From an uncultured Gammaproteobacteria bacterium (GTDB lineage: Bacteria; Patescibacteriota; Microgenomatia; Daviesbacterales; UBA10151), in NCBI GenBank assembly GCA_964393525.1, contig CAYMTV010000001.1, positions 1,545 through 65,544 of the forward strand: a stretch of 64,000 nucleotides of DNA. The letters run 5' to 3'. Under the pieces are notes generated by a model, which saw only the letters and a list, made by a program, of their open reading frames with translations, had not been told where the DNA came from and made no database searches. Position 1 is the first letter of the stretch, and every line of letters begins with the position of its first letter. Shown piece after piece: positions 1 to 9,800 of the stretch. Made by a program: the position numbers and the translations under genes.

Positions 1-598
1 GGATTATTTAGACCAACTGGATGAGACTGCGGGTAAAATTGGGGCGGTCAACTCGGTTTTAAATAAAAATGGAATTTTAAAAGGATTTAATACCGACTGG
101 ATTGGTGCGGTAACTGCTCTAAAACATAAAACCGAAATTTCGGGGAAAAAAGTTGCCTTGCTTGGGGCAGGTGGTGCAGCTAAAGCTATTGCTTATGGAG
201 TTACTAAGGAGGGTGGAAAGCTAATAATTTTTAACAGAACCTTGGAAAAAGCCAAAAGTTTAGCAGAACAATTTAATGCAGAATTTTCAAGTAATTATGA
301 TGATCTTAAAGACATGGATATAATTATTAACTCAACTTCGGTTGGGATGAATGATCCTGATGTCAGCCCCGTATCGAAAGGTTTGATTCATAAGGGACAG
401 GTTGTATTTGATATTGTGTACAAACAGCATGAGACAAAACTTTTACAGGATGCTAAGGAAAAGGGAGCTAAAATTGTGTATGGTATAGATATGCTTTTAT
501 TTCAGGGAGTTGCCCAGTTTGAATTATATACTGGTGTGGATGCTCCGATAGAAGAGATGCGGCGGGCACTTGAAAATGAGGTCGGCAATGGAGAGTAA
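1..598 (+). CDS. aroE: Shikimate dehydrogenase, 5'-partial (frame open from nt 2)
   Basis: Frame translates without stops from nt 2. It contains AVNSV and GFNTDWIG substrate motifs and the GAGGAAKAI NADP Rossmann motif, and ends with the stop at 598. Confidence 0.85.
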   Translation, partial: DYLDQLDETAGKIGAVNSVLNKNGILKGFNTDWIGAVTALKHKTEISGKKVALLGAGGAAKAIAYGVTKEGGKLIIFNRTLEKAKSLAEQFNAEFSSNYDDLKDMDIIINSTSVGMNDPDVSPVSKGLIHKGQVVFDIVYKQHETKLLQDAKEKGAKIVYGIDMLLFQGVAQFELYTGVDAPIEEMRRALENEVGNGE

Positions 599-1271
599 TT
601 ATTGTTTGCCTATTATTGCCGGGACAAAAGAGACAGTGATTCAAAAGATCAGTGATCATTTTTCGGACTACTCATATTTTGAAATATGGTTGGACTATAT
701 TTCTGATTTGGATACGGATTTTATTGATTACCTAATTTCCAACTATGAAGAAAGGATTATATTTCTATTTCGCAGACAAAATCTGGAAGATATTAAAATG
801 AGTCTGGATCAAAGAGAAAAAATTATGTGGCAGGTTGCCAACTCAAAAGCTTTTTTAGATCTGGATTTCCTAACCCAAAAAGATGAACTAAGTTACTTAA
901 AAGAGAAAAACCTTAAACTAAATTTGATTTTGTCATTTCATGATTATGAAAAGACCCCTGGTTTTCCACAAATGATTGATATAGTGAGGGAAATGGAGGA
1001 TTACCATCCAAGCATATACAAATTTTCTTGCTTTTGTAATGATGATAAAGATGGTTTAAAATTACTTAATTTGTTAATGACTCTTAAAGAGGATGGAAAA
1101 AAATATATTGTTTTAGGGATGGGGCAAAGAGGAACTTTAACAAGGGTTGCGGGAGCACTTTGGGGCAATCAAATGAATTTTGTGCCAATTAGAAAAGATG
1201 AAGTATCTGCACCAGGACAATTAACAAAAGAAGAATTGGAGGAGGTTTTAAAAATTTTAGGTGGCAGGTAA
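570..1271 (+). CDS. aroD: 3-dehydroquinate dehydratase, type I
   Basis: SFHDYEKTP-type motif and ~230 aa length typical of type I DHQase. The gene sits between aroE and aroC. The true start may be the ATG at 588, which overlaps the aroE stop. Confidence 0.7.
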   Translation: MKMRSAMESNYCLPIIAGTKETVIQKISDHFSDYSYFEIWLDYISDLDTDFIDYLISNYEERIIFLFRRQNLEDIKMSLDQREKIMWQVANSKAFLDLDFLTQKDELSYLKEKNLKLNLILSFHDYEKTPGFPQMIDIVREMEDYHPSIYKFSCFCNDDKDGLKLLNLLMTLKEDGKKYIVLGMGQRGTLTRVAGALWGNQMNFVPIRKDEVSAPGQLTKEELEEVLKILGGR

Positions 1272-2343
1272 CTCTTTTGGTGAAATTTTTAGAATAACAA
1301 CTTTTGGGGAATCCCATGGAGGGTGTGTGGGAGTAGTGGTTGATGGATGTCCTCCGGGGATAGAAATTTCGGAAGGTGAAATCCAAAAAGAGCTGGATAG
1401 AAGAAGACCCGGACAGTCTCGCATCACAACTCCCAGGAAAGAGGAAGATGAGGTTAAAATCATGTCTGGGTATTTTGAAGGAAAAACTACAGGGACTCCA
1501 ATTTTACTTTTGGCATATAACAAAGATATAAGGCCGGAGGATTATCAGGAAATGAAAAATTTATTCAGACCGGGGCATGCCGATTACACTTACATTAAAA
1601 AATATGGATTCAGGGATTGGCATGGGTCCGGTAGAGCCTCTGCTAGGGAAACCTTGGCTCGTGTTGCAGCAGGTGCTATTGCTAAAAAATATTTAAAAGA
1701 GAAATTAGGGATAGAATTTGTTAGTTATGTTGAACAAGTCGGAGATATAAAAACCGAGGTTGATTTTAATGATGTAACTTCCGAACAAGTAGAATCAAAT
1801 ATTGTTAGGTGTCCGGACATGCCAATTGCGGCCAAAATGATTGAATTAATTGAAAAAGTTAAATCAGATGGAGACTCAATTGGGGGGGTAATAAGAGGGC
1901 TAATTAAAAATGTCCCTGCAGGATTAGGTGAGCCGGTTTTTGATAAACTTCCTGCAGATTTGGGAAAAGCCATGCTTTCTATAAATGCTGTTAAGGGTTT
2001 TGAGATTGGTTCTGGATTTGAGGGAGTCAAGATGAGGGGATCAGAACATAATGATGTATTTGAAAATGTGAACGGCAAAATAAAAACCAAAACCAATTAT
2101 GCCGGAGGGACTTTAGGAGGAATTTCTAATGGAGAAACAATTCACTTTAGGGTAGCTTTTAAACCTGTTTCAACAATTTCCAAAATGCAAAATACGCTAG
2201 ATTTAGAGGGAAATGAAACAACTCTAGAAGCAGCCGGCAGACATGATCCTTGCGTTTTACCGCGGGCAGTCCCGATTGTTGAAGCCATGGCCGCTCTCGT
2301 AATAATGGATCACTACCTCCGCCACAAAGCCCAAAATTTATAA
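1261..2343 (+). CDS. aroC: Chorismate synthase
   Basis: N-terminal [31 protein letters not shown] and the GRHDPCV motif, 360 aa. GTG start. Confidence 0.9.
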   Translation: MAGNSFGEIFRITTFGESHGGCVGVVVDGCPPGIEISEGEIQKELDRRRPGQSRITTPRKEEDEVKIMSGYFEGKTTGTPILLLAYNKDIRPEDYQEMKNLFRPGHADYTYIKKYGFRDWHGSGRASARETLARVAAGAIAKKYLKEKLGIEFVSYVEQVGDIKTEVDFNDVTSEQVESNIVRCPDMPIAAKMIELIEKVKSDGDSIGGVIRGLIKNVPAGLGEPVFDKLPADLGKAMLSINAVKGFEIGSGFEGVKMRGSEHNDVFENVNGKIKTKTNYAGGTLGGISNGETIHFRVAFKPVSTISKMQNTLDLEGNETTLEAAGRHDPCVLPRAVPIVEAMAALVIMDHYLRHKAQNL

Positions 2344-3122
2344 TGGATGAAAAAGTATTTGACATCCCATTCGGCAACCTTCAACTAAAAATCTCAGCAT
2401 TTATAAAAGACAATCCGGGTGAATGGATTTTGTTTTTGCATGGAATTCAATCAAATAAAAAGCTTTTCAATGAATTAATTGGGCAAGATTTTCTACAAAA
2501 ATATTCTATTCTTATAATTGATTTTGTTGGTTTTGGTAATTCCTCTAAACCAGAAGATTTTTCATATGATATTGCAGATCAGACTAAAGTTTGTAAAAAA
2601 ATTATTGAGCAGTTAGGAATTAAAAAGTTACATCTTATTGGACATAGCCTGGGAGGAATAGTAGGAACATTACTTTTAGAGTTATTAAAAGATAAGGTGA
2701 TTTCTTTTATCAATTTAGAGGGCAATCTAGTTTATGAGGATGCTGGTTTGAGTAGAGAAGTAGCAGAATACAGTTTTGAGGAATTTAATAATAAATATGA
2801 ACAAATAAAAAATGATATTAGAAATTCTAGTCAATCAAGTGCAGAGAAAAGAGGTGAATGGTTACAACAAATTCCTGATTATGTTTTTTATAAGACTTGT
2901 AGATCCATAATTGAATGGTCAAAGAAAGAGATTTTGTTCAAAACTTTTGTAGAATCAAAGGTAAAAAAACTTTTTGTCTATGGAGATCAAAATAAAGAAA
3001 AAGCAGATAAGTTACCTGATTCGATAGAAAAAGCCGAAATCCCAAATTCAGGCCATTTTATGCTACTAGATAACCCAACTATTTGCTCTCAACTTATAAG
3101 GAAATTTTTATCAAATCAATAA
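2343..3122 (+). CDS. Alpha/beta-fold hydrolase
   Basis: GHSLGG nucleophile elbow, a C-terminal GHF motif, ~260 aa. Confidence 0.7.
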   Translation: MDEKVFDIPFGNLQLKISAFIKDNPGEWILFLHGIQSNKKLFNELIGQDFLQKYSILIIDFVGFGNSSKPEDFSYDIADQTKVCKKIIEQLGIKKLHLIGHSLGGIVGTLLLELLKDKVISFINLEGNLVYEDAGLSREVAEYSFEEFNNKYEQIKNDIRNSSQSSAEKRGEWLQQIPDYVFYKTCRSIIEWSKKEILFKTFVESKVKKLFVYGDQNKEKADKLPDSIEKAEIPNSGHFMLLDNPTICSQLIRKFLSNQ

Positions 3123-3359
3123 ATCTTTGTACCAAAAATACGCAATAGCGTAAAAATGGTATAAATTTCAATAAATATCACACCTCGGAGGTGTGATAAA
3201 ATCCCAACTTGTCAACCTACTTCCAACTCGGAGTTGTCAAGCTAAAGAGGCTAAAAACTTTGGTACCAAAAGTTCACAGGTGTGAATAAATGGTACCAGT
3301 TTATTCTAATAGCTTTGTTATTGTATGCTTAGCTTCAGTTTGGTATCATCAACTCCATT

Positions 3360-4724
3360 ATGCAAAGAACTTTGGTTTTGGAATGTATCAACAAAATAGG
3401 GGAGACAGTAACTATTGCGGGATTTGTGCAAGTTAGAAGAGACCATGGGAAAATTGGCTTCATTGATGTTTCCGATAGGAGTGGGGTAGTGCAAGTCGTG
3501 GTTAACAGTGAGACTAAAGTAGAAGGTGTCAAGCTAAACCACCCGGAGGGTGTACTAGATTTGCATCCTCAGGATGTTGTTAGAGTTACTGGAAAAGTTT
3601 CAAAAAGACCTGAGAAGTTAGTAAATCCAAATTTAGAAACCGGAAAAATTGAACTTCAAGCGGAAAAGATAGAAATTTTATCCAAAGCGCAAGAACTTCC
3701 TTTTGATATGGGAGGGAAAGAGTTGGACTTACAACTGCCTACCCTGTTAGATTATAGAAGCCTTACTTTAAGACACCCAAAAGTCAAAGCAATTTTTAAG
3801 GTGCAAGCTGCAATTTTGAAAGGCTTCAGAAAAGCTGCAAAAGAGTTAGATTGTACAGAAATAGTTGTTCCGGAAATTGCAGCATCCTCAACCGAAGGCG
3901 GAGCAGAGGTTTTCAAGGTTGATTATTATGGCCATCAAGCTTTTATGACCCAGTCACCCCAACTTTATAAACAGATGCTGGTGCCGGTATTTGAACGGGT
4001 GTTTACTATTGCTCATGCATACCGGGCAGAGCCATCAGTTACAACCAGACACTTATCAGTTGCTACTCAACTTGATTGTGAATTGGGGTTTGTAGATTTT
4101 GAAGAACTTCTAAATCTTTTAGAGCAGGTAGCTGTGGAAACTTTAAAACATGTCCAGGATACTTGTTCGGATATTTTTAAAGAATGGAACTTAAGAGAAA
4201 TTGCCTTTGGTAAGATTCCCCGACTGACCTTAAGAGAAGCTCAGGAAATTATTTTTAAAGAATTTGGTAGGGACAATAGGAAGGAAAAAGACTTAACACC
4301 CCAGGATGAAATAGATATTTGCAAATGGGCGCAGGAAAAACATCAAAGTGATTTTGTAACAATTACTAAATTTCCTATGGCAGCTAAACCCTTTTATACC
4401 ATGCCCGATCCAGAGAATTCTGAATATAGCTTAAGTTATGATTTATTATTCCGTGGTTTAGAAATTTTAAGCGGCAGTCAAAGACAACATGATTATCAAA
4501 AATTAGTCGATGCAATAAAAGCCAAAGGGATGGATCCTAAAAGTTTTGAGATGTATTTGCAGGCTTTTAAATATGGTATGCCCCCTGAGGGAGGTTTTTC
4601 GTTTGGTTTAGAAAGAATGACTATGCATGTTTTGGAGCTAAAGAATGTTAGGGAAGGAAGCCTTTTCCCCAGGGATATGGAAAGGGTAGATGTTAGACTT
4701 TCCAAATTAGAAGAAGATTCGTAA
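3360..4724 (+). CDS. aspS: Aspartyl-tRNA synthetase, archaeal/eukaryal-type class IIb (possibly non-discriminating)
   Basis: N-terminal OB fold, QSPQLYKQ motif 2 region, and C-terminal GLERMTM motif 3. Its ~450 aa length fits the archaeal-type AspRS/AsnRS family. Confidence 0.75.
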   Translation: MQRTLVLECINKIGETVTIAGFVQVRRDHGKIGFIDVSDRSGVVQVVVNSETKVEGVKLNHPEGVLDLHPQDVVRVTGKVSKRPEKLVNPNLETGKIELQAEKIEILSKAQELPFDMGGKELDLQLPTLLDYRSLTLRHPKVKAIFKVQAAILKGFRKAAKELDCTEIVVPEIAASSTEGGAEVFKVDYYGHQAFMTQSPQLYKQMLVPVFERVFTIAHAYRAEPSVTTRHLSVATQLDCELGFVDFEELLNLLEQVAVETLKHVQDTCSDIFKEWNLREIAFGKIPRLTLREAQEIIFKEFGRDNRKEKDLTPQDEIDICKWAQEKHQSDFVTITKFPMAAKPFYTMPDPENSEYSLSYDLLFRGLEILSGSQRQHDYQKLVDAIKAKGMDPKSFEMYLQAFKYGMPPEGGFSFGLERMTMHVLELKNVREGSLFPRDMERVDVRLSKLEEDS

Positions 4725-4743
4725 CCACTCTAATCTGTCCAGT

Positions 4744-5712
4744 ATGAAAATCAAAAAGGAAAAATTTCAAAAACTAATTCTTATAGTCTATCTTTTGAGC
4801 GCTTTTTTGCTTTCGACAGGCTTTTTAATTGCAACTTCTAAAGCCTCAAATATCATTGAAGGAAAAATTACTTTTTTAGGAAACCAAAAGCAGGATAAAG
4901 TCAAACCTATTATTTCAAATGTTGCAGGTGCTGAAAACGAAGAGGTGGTCAACATTGTAGATAAAAAATTACCACACCCCAAGATTAGTGCGAGAGCGGC
5001 TTTAGTTGAAGATTTTGAAAGCGGGACAATACTTTATCAAAAGAATATTTTTGACCCGCTCCCTCCTGCTTCAACAACAAAAATAATGACAGCGCTTATT
5101 GCCAGTGAACACTTTAAACCCGGGGATGTATTAACTGTTCCGTCGGAGGCATTGGTTGGCGGTTCCTCAATGGGTGCTGTGGCAGGGGAAAGGTTATCTT
5201 TTAGAAGTTTACTTTACGGAATGATGTTAAACTCGGGTAATGATGCGGCTTATACTATTGCTTGGAATTTCCCTGGTGGTGTCGGGGCATTCATAGATAG
5301 AATGAATCAAAAAGCATCCGAATTGGGACTTAAAAACACCCATTTTGAAAACCCGGCAGGTTTTGATAGTTCAAATCATTTTTCTTCAGCTTCCGATTTG
5401 GCCAAGCTTGCAAAAATTGTTGCAGAAGACTATCAGATGGCAAAAGTTGTTTCTACCAAGGAAACATCGGTTGCTTCATGGGATAAAACAAACCAGCATA
5501 TATTAAAAAATTTAAACAAACTCCTGGAAGAAGATGGGGTAGTGGGAATAAAAACCGGCTATACTGAAAACGCCAAGGAAAACTTAGTTGGTCTTATTGA
5601 GAGGGATGGACATAAAATACTGACAGTTATCTTAAACAGCGATGACAGATTTGGGGAAACCAAAACTTTGATTGACTGGGTTGAGCAAAATTACAGCTGG
5701 GTAAAAAATTAA
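4744..5712 (+). CDS. D-alanyl-D-alanine carboxypeptidase (S11, PBP5/6 family), membrane-anchored
   Basis: SASTTK (SxxK), LNSGND (SxN) and KTG motifs, with an N-terminal TM helix. Confidence 0.8.
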   Translation: MKIKKEKFQKLILIVYLLSAFLLSTGFLIATSKASNIIEGKITFLGNQKQDKVKPIISNVAGAENEEVVNIVDKKLPHPKISARAALVEDFESGTILYQKNIFDPLPPASTTKIMTALIASEHFKPGDVLTVPSEALVGGSSMGAVAGERLSFRSLLYGMMLNSGNDAAYTIAWNFPGGVGAFIDRMNQKASELGLKNTHFENPAGFDSSNHFSSASDLAKLAKIVAEDYQMAKVVSTKETSVASWDKTNQHILKNLNKLLEEDGVVGIKTGYTENAKENLVGLIERDGHKILTVILNSDDRFGETKTLIDWVEQNYSWVKN

Positions 5713-6758
5713 TTTGTGGCCTCTTCTTTGGCAAAATACTCATCCTGGATTGCAGGAACTAAAGCCACAAACCCGTCTCCCTCAAAAACATAAATAGGTT
5801 GCAGATATTTAGTGTATTTATCTGAGAGCAAGTAAGCCAGATAGATAGAAGACAGGTCAATTTTTCTGCCGGGCGGACTCACTACAACTACCCCTTTGCC
5901 TTCTTGCAGCTCATTAAACGCAGTTTCGGCATTTTTAATAGGGTAGGTAGCAAGATTCGTTTGATCAATTGACCAATAGGTGTAATTTAATTTTAAATAC
6001 TTGTTCCTTTCTTCAGTATATTTTGTCACTGTTGCTTTAATTAACCCTTGGGTAAATTCTTTAGTAATTATCGGGTAGCGGATTTCGTCGTCAACTAAAT
6101 CACTTTGCCAAAGGGTTACTTCTGCCTGATCACTTTCCTGTTGGGTTGCTCCATTATAGAAAACCTTGGACCCCCCTCCTCTAAGATCTTCCGGAAGTAA
6201 GCCCAGAGTGCCTAAGAAAGATTTAAATTCACTAACAATCTTTCCCTGATCGCCCACAATTTCATCCTGGAAGGTTGCACTTTCGGTAGAGATTGTTCTG
6301 GTAAACTCAAAGTTACCGGTATCCAAATCTACCCTCATCTCTCCGCCCAAATTATCAGTAAATCTGTAAAGAGTTGGGTTGATAATTTCGGGAACAGAGT
6401 CAAACTCCAGCTTTTGTGCCAAACCTTTTGCCCTATCTGATGAAAGAAGCGTAGTTCCAAGCTTTGATATAAAATAAACCTTCATCAGTGTTGGAGTATT
6501 TGACGGGAGGTTGCCGGTTTCAGTAACAAGCTCATATGTATAATCCGATGATGGAGATTGTCCCTGACCCAAATCAGGTCTTGGCAGGAGGTTGAATTTT
6601 GTATCGGCTTTTTCCTGAGGCGGTGGTATTTTAGAGCGCTGATAATTAATGTACCAGTTGAGTCCTATCCAGGCAGAACCCAGCAGCACAATTACAATTA
6701 AGCCAATAACGAACCCTTTTTTGGTAAGGGCGGCAGTTTGAGTTAGAGTTAGCGCCAT
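5709..6758 (-). CDS. Hypothetical membrane-anchored protein
   Basis: 349-aa ORF with one N-terminal TM helix and no recognisable motifs. Convergent with the dac gene. Confidence 0.5.
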   Translation of the reverse strand: MALTLTQTAALTKKGFVIGLIVIVLLGSAWIGLNWYINYQRSKIPPPQEKADTKFNLLPRPDLGQGQSPSSDYTYELVTETGNLPSNTPTLMKVYFISKLGTTLLSSDRAKGLAQKLEFDSVPEIINPTLYRFTDNLGGEMRVDLDTGNFEFTRTISTESATFQDEIVGDQGKIVSEFKSFLGTLGLLPEDLRGGGSKVFYNGATQQESDQAEVTLWQSDLVDDEIRYPIITKEFTQGLIKATVTKYTEERNKYLKLNYTYWSIDQTNLATYPIKNAETAFNELQEGKGVVVVSPPGRKIDLSSIYLAYLLSDKYTKYLQPIYVFEGDGFVALVPAIQDEYFAKEEATN

Positions 6759-6804
6759 AAAGAATCTTTCTGTGTTCTGAAAGTAATTATCTCAGTATAA
6801 TAGC

Positions 6805-8277
6805 TTGAGTATGAGTGTTCGGACAAGAATGGCACCATCACCAACCGGTAATCTTCATTTGGGAACTGCTTATGCAACATTGTGGCCATATATATTTGCC
6901 CGCAAAAATGAGCGAAGCTCTTCTTCGAATAATGGGGCATTTATCTTAAGAATTGAAGACACAGACAGAGAAAGATCAACCAAGGAATTTGAAGCAAATA
7001 TTATTGAGGGTCTAGGTTGGTTGGGTTTTTCTTGGGATGAGGGACCATTCCATCAGATGGATAGGTTAGACCTGTACAAAAAGCATGTTGATGAGCTGAT
7101 AGCTTCCAATCAGGCTTACTTTTGCTTTTGCACTAAAGAAGAGTTAGAGGAGGAAAAAAAGAAACAAGCAGAAGCGCACCTGCCGCAGACTTACTCTGGA
7201 AAGTGCCGAAGATTAACAAAAGCAGAAGTTGATCAAAAGAAAAAAGATGGAGTGCCGTATGTGATCCGTTTTAAACTTGCCGAAGAAAGGGGAGTAATAG
7301 AATATCAAGATTTAATCCATGGGAAAATCTCATTTGATTCAAAACTGATTGGTGATACCGTGATCATGCGTCAAAACGGGATTCCTTTATATAACTTCGC
7401 AGTAGTAGTTGATGATATTGATATGGGGATCACCCATGTTATCCGCGGCGATGATCATATCTCAAATACACCAAAACAGATTTTACTCTGGGAAGCATTT
7501 AAAAAGGAACTTCCAAAGTTTGGTCACTATCCGGTGCTACTCAATCAGGATAGATCAGGAAAACTTTCCAAAAGGACCGGATCAGTTTCACTGGATTGGT
7601 ATAAGCATGAAGGATATTTACCGGAAGCGGTTATAAATTATCTGGCCCTTTTAGGATGGACTCCGCCAAATAATAAAGAAATTTTGAACCTAGATCAGAT
7701 AATCGAGCTTTTTGATATTTCGGATATGAACAAAGCAGCAGCTGCCTGGAATGAGCAAAAACTTGATTGGATTAATGGGGAATATATTAGAAAGATGAGC
7801 GATGAAGAGTTAACAAAAAGATTACAAGAGTATTTGGTAGACCATCCGGCTCAAGAAAAAATAGCAATGGTTGTGCCGCTTATTAAAGAACGGATCAAGA
7901 AGCTTTCGGATTTTGTACCCTTGGCAAACTTTTTATTTCAGAAACCCGAATATGACAAACAAGTTTTTGATAAGGTTAAGATTGAAAGCGTGAAAAATGT
8001 CTTAAATAGGGTAGTGGAGGAGCTTCAGAAGATGGAAAAACCTTGGACCTCGGAGAATTTTGAGAATACATTTAAGAAACTGGCAGAAGAATTAAAAATT
8101 TCAAATTTGGATATGTTTCAATTAATCCGTTTAGCTGTCTCTGGACAACTTGTCAGCCCTCCCCTATTTGAATCTATCCAGATTTTGGGTGAAGAGGAAA
8201 CTTTAGAGAGAATTAAATATGTCATAGAAACTTATCCTAATTTCCCCTATCAAAAACCAGTAGCTGATCGATTTTAG
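6805..8277 (+). CDS. gltX: Glutamyl-tRNA synthetase (possibly non-discriminating)
   Basis: HLGT (HIGH) motif, KLSKR (KMSKS) motif, and a CxC...C zinc-binding segment. 490 aa, followed directly by tRNA-Gln. Confidence 0.9.
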   Translation: MSMSVRTRMAPSPTGNLHLGTAYATLWPYIFARKNERSSSSNNGAFILRIEDTDRERSTKEFEANIIEGLGWLGFSWDEGPFHQMDRLDLYKKHVDELIASNQAYFCFCTKEELEEEKKKQAEAHLPQTYSGKCRRLTKAEVDQKKKDGVPYVIRFKLAEERGVIEYQDLIHGKISFDSKLIGDTVIMRQNGIPLYNFAVVVDDIDMGITHVIRGDDHISNTPKQILLWEAFKKELPKFGHYPVLLNQDRSGKLSKRTGSVSLDWYKHEGYLPEAVINYLALLGWTPPNNKEILNLDQIIELFDISDMNKAAAAWNEQKLDWINGEYIRKMSDEELTKRLQEYLVDHPAQEKIAMVVPLIKERIKKLSDFVPLANFLFQKPEYDKQVFDKVKIESVKNVLNRVVEELQKMEKPWTSENFENTFKKLAEELKISNLDMFQLIRLAVSGQLVSPPLFESIQILGEEETLERIKYVIETYPNFPYQKPVADRF

Positions 8278-8596
8278 CAGCCATGATGAAATCATTTTCG
8301 TGAAGTCCTTTGATAAAGTGAGTGGCCAAAGTAATAGTAACTTTGTTATAAACAATTGTGATATTTGGATGGTGGCCTTCTTCTTCTGCAAGATCAGCAA
8401 CTTTATTTACAAAATCAATAGCCGCTCTAAAAGTTTTGAATTCAAATTTTTTCTTTATTTTTAAATTATCCTCTGTAACCCACCCCCCTACTTGTTTTAA
8501 CATTTTCTGTACTCCCCCCGGTTCCATAGGAGGAACCCATGTCTCACAAGGGATACATTTTTTAGAAGCAAGGTCAGACATAGTCTGATTATACAC
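8237..8596 (-). CDS. Pterin-4a-carbinolamine dehydratase (PCD/DCoH family)
   Basis: EEGHHP motif and ~100-aa core. Overlaps the gltX 3' end on the opposite strand. The true start is probably the internal MSDLASKK. Confidence 0.65.
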   Translation of the reverse strand: MYNQTMSDLASKKCIPCETWVPPMEPGGVQKMLKQVGGWVTEDNLKIKKKFEFKTFRAAIDFVNKVADLAEEEGHHPNITIVYNKVTITLATHFIKGLHENDFIMAAKIDQLLVFDRGN

Positions 8597-8625
8597 TTAT
8601 CTTGTGGTAAAATTTACAAGTTCAA

Positions 8626-8697
8626 TGCGGGATCGTCTAACGGCAGGACGATAGCCTCTGGAGCTATCTATCTTGGTTCGAATCCAAGTCCCGCAGC
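8626..8697 (+). tRNA. tRNA-Gln (anticodon CUG)
   Basis: Hand-folded cloverleaf. Acceptor TGCGGGA/TCCCGCA with U1-A72, D stem GTCT/GGAC, anticodon stem ATAGC/GCTAT, loop CUCUGGA, T arm CTTGG-TTCGAAT-CCAAG, discriminator G. No encoded CCA. Confidence 0.6.
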
Positions 8698-8708
8698 TTT
8701 GAAAATAA

Positions 8709-8725
8709 ACCACCTATAAAGGGTG
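8709..8725 (+). terminator. Hairpin CCACC-N6-GGGTGG downstream of tRNA-Gln
   Basis: Perfect 5-6 bp inverted repeat followed by an A/T-rich tract. Confidence 0.3.
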
Positions 8726-8814
8726 GTCAATTTTCAAATACGGGATATTTGGATTCTAACCCGCGATTTGCAAAAAAAGTTAGGATAGTTAAATTTCTAT
8801 TTTTACAACTAAAG

Positions 8815-8945
8815 CTTAAGTTTTACTGAAGGAAGCGGGTTCGGCCCTGAGCGAACCTGTGGTGAGCGTAGTCGTACTTCGAGTTCCCTCAGTATGACCC
8901 TGAGTGTTAATCGAATGGGTCGAACCAGTCGAAGGGGGTGTGTTA
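8815..8945. repeat. Structured repeat element, copy A (inverted homolog at 44470-44525)
   Basis: Contains the GGTTCG...CGAACC hairpin, a duplicated CCCTGAG motif, and TCGAATGGGTCGAACC. About 70% identical to the reverse complement of the lon-upstream segment. Confidence 0.5.
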
Positions 8946-8961
8946 TCCAAGTCCCGCAGTT
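8945..8961 (+). repeat. Direct repeat of the tRNA-Gln 3' end (att-like scar)
   Basis: ATCCAAGTCCCGCAG is identical to the last 15 nt of tRNA-Gln and lies 248 bp downstream of it. No T arm or acceptor partner precedes it. Confidence 0.5.
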
Positions 8962-9138
8962 AATTTGTAATATTTCAGCTACAAGCTTGTGTTAATGGCC
9001 CAAAGCTGGTAAAATTAGTTTACTTATTAATGCTAAGAATTTAAGATATAAAAAGCTAAAGCCTTCTGCTTTACTTCTTTTTCTTCCTAAAGTACTTTCA
9101 TTAAAGAATTTAAAAAAGAAAGGCGGTGAAAACTAAAA

Positions 9139-9495
9139 ATGACCAAATTATTTGTTGGGGGTATACCCTATTCACTAACAAATCAAAAGTTGGAAGAAAT
9201 GTTTGCAAAGTTTGGAACGGTAAGTTCAGCGCAGATCATAATGGATAAGTTTACTAACCAAAGCAAAGGGTTCGCTTTTGTAGAAATGCAAAATGACGAT
9301 GAAGCCCAAGCAGCTATCAAAGAACTTGATGGTTACGGTTTGGAAGGGCGCAAAATTGGCGTATCCGTTGCCAGACCCAGAGAAGATCATCAAGGCAATA
9401 GGCAAGGCTTTTCTTCGAATAATAGAAACAACTTTCGGCGTGATAACTTTAGAAAAGGAGGCAGTAGCTTCCTTAGAGGTAGTCACAGAAGATAA
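9139..9495 (+). CDS. RNA-binding protein, single RRM with Gly/Arg-rich tail
   Basis: RNP-2 LFVGGI and RNP-1 KGFAFVEM motifs, with a C-terminal RGG-like tail. Confidence 0.8.
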   Translation: MTKLFVGGIPYSLTNQKLEEMFAKFGTVSSAQIIMDKFTNQSKGFAFVEMQNDDEAQAAIKELDGYGLEGRKIGVSVARPREDHQGNRQGFSSNNRNNFRRDNFRKGGSSFLRGSHRR

Positions 9496-9512
9496 ACCAA
9501 GAAAGATAATTT

Positions 9513-9800
9513 TTGAAAATACCAATAAGATCTATTCGTCCTAATATTAGGTTGGCCAATCAAGAAAAAACCGAAGAGCGGGAAATTTGGCATAAACTTG
9601 TTGTAAAAATAATAAGCTGGAAGAGCGGTTTACTTGAAGGCGGCCTGATTAAGGCAACAGATAAAATTACCCCAAAAGAATGGAATACCTACCATAAAGG
9701 TAGAGTAAAAATTAGCTCTGATTTCGGCAAGGACAAGGTGAGGTCCAGTTTAAAAGAGATTAAGGCTTTTATTAAAAAACAGGGCGGGTTTGCGGAGTAA
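9513..9800 (+). CDS. Hypothetical small protein
   Basis: 95-aa basic ORF with no motif. Confidence 0.3.
   Translation: MKIPIRSIRPNIRLANQEKTEEREIWHKLVVKIISWKSGLLEGGLIKATDKITPKEWNTYHKGRVKISSDFGKDKVRSSLKEIKAFIKKQGGFAE

Noticed and set aside
3250-3310. T-box riboswitch upstream of aspS suggested by TGGTACC
   Set aside because: The full T-box sequence (GGGTGGNACCGCG), specifier loop and terminator/antiterminator pair are not present.
7409-7636. 75-aa ORF inside gltX (same strand, other frame), and similar antisense ORFs. Examples: 468-659, 1189-1523, 1725-2096, 27136-27591, 48924-49526, 59419-59940, 60579-61018.
   Set aside because: They are wholly embedded in well-supported genes, lack motifs, and are typical six-frame noise.
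8597-8625. Promoter for tRNA-Gln
   Set aside because: Only weak -35/-10 resemblance (TTGTGG ... TACAAG), too uncertain to annotate.
8698-8780. tmRNA-like 5' segment (GGATTC..CGGGAT..TTTGC resembles the ssrA 5' region)
   Set aside because: The order and spacing of the blocks differ from ssrA, no tag-peptide reading frame or resume codon is present, and there is no tRNA-Ala-like 3' end.
8860-8961. Second tRNA gene ending at the repeated ATCCAAGTCCCGCAG
   Set aside because: No T-stem partner (CTTGG) and no 5' acceptor strand are found upstream. It cannot form a cloverleaf, so it is only a 3'-end fragment.
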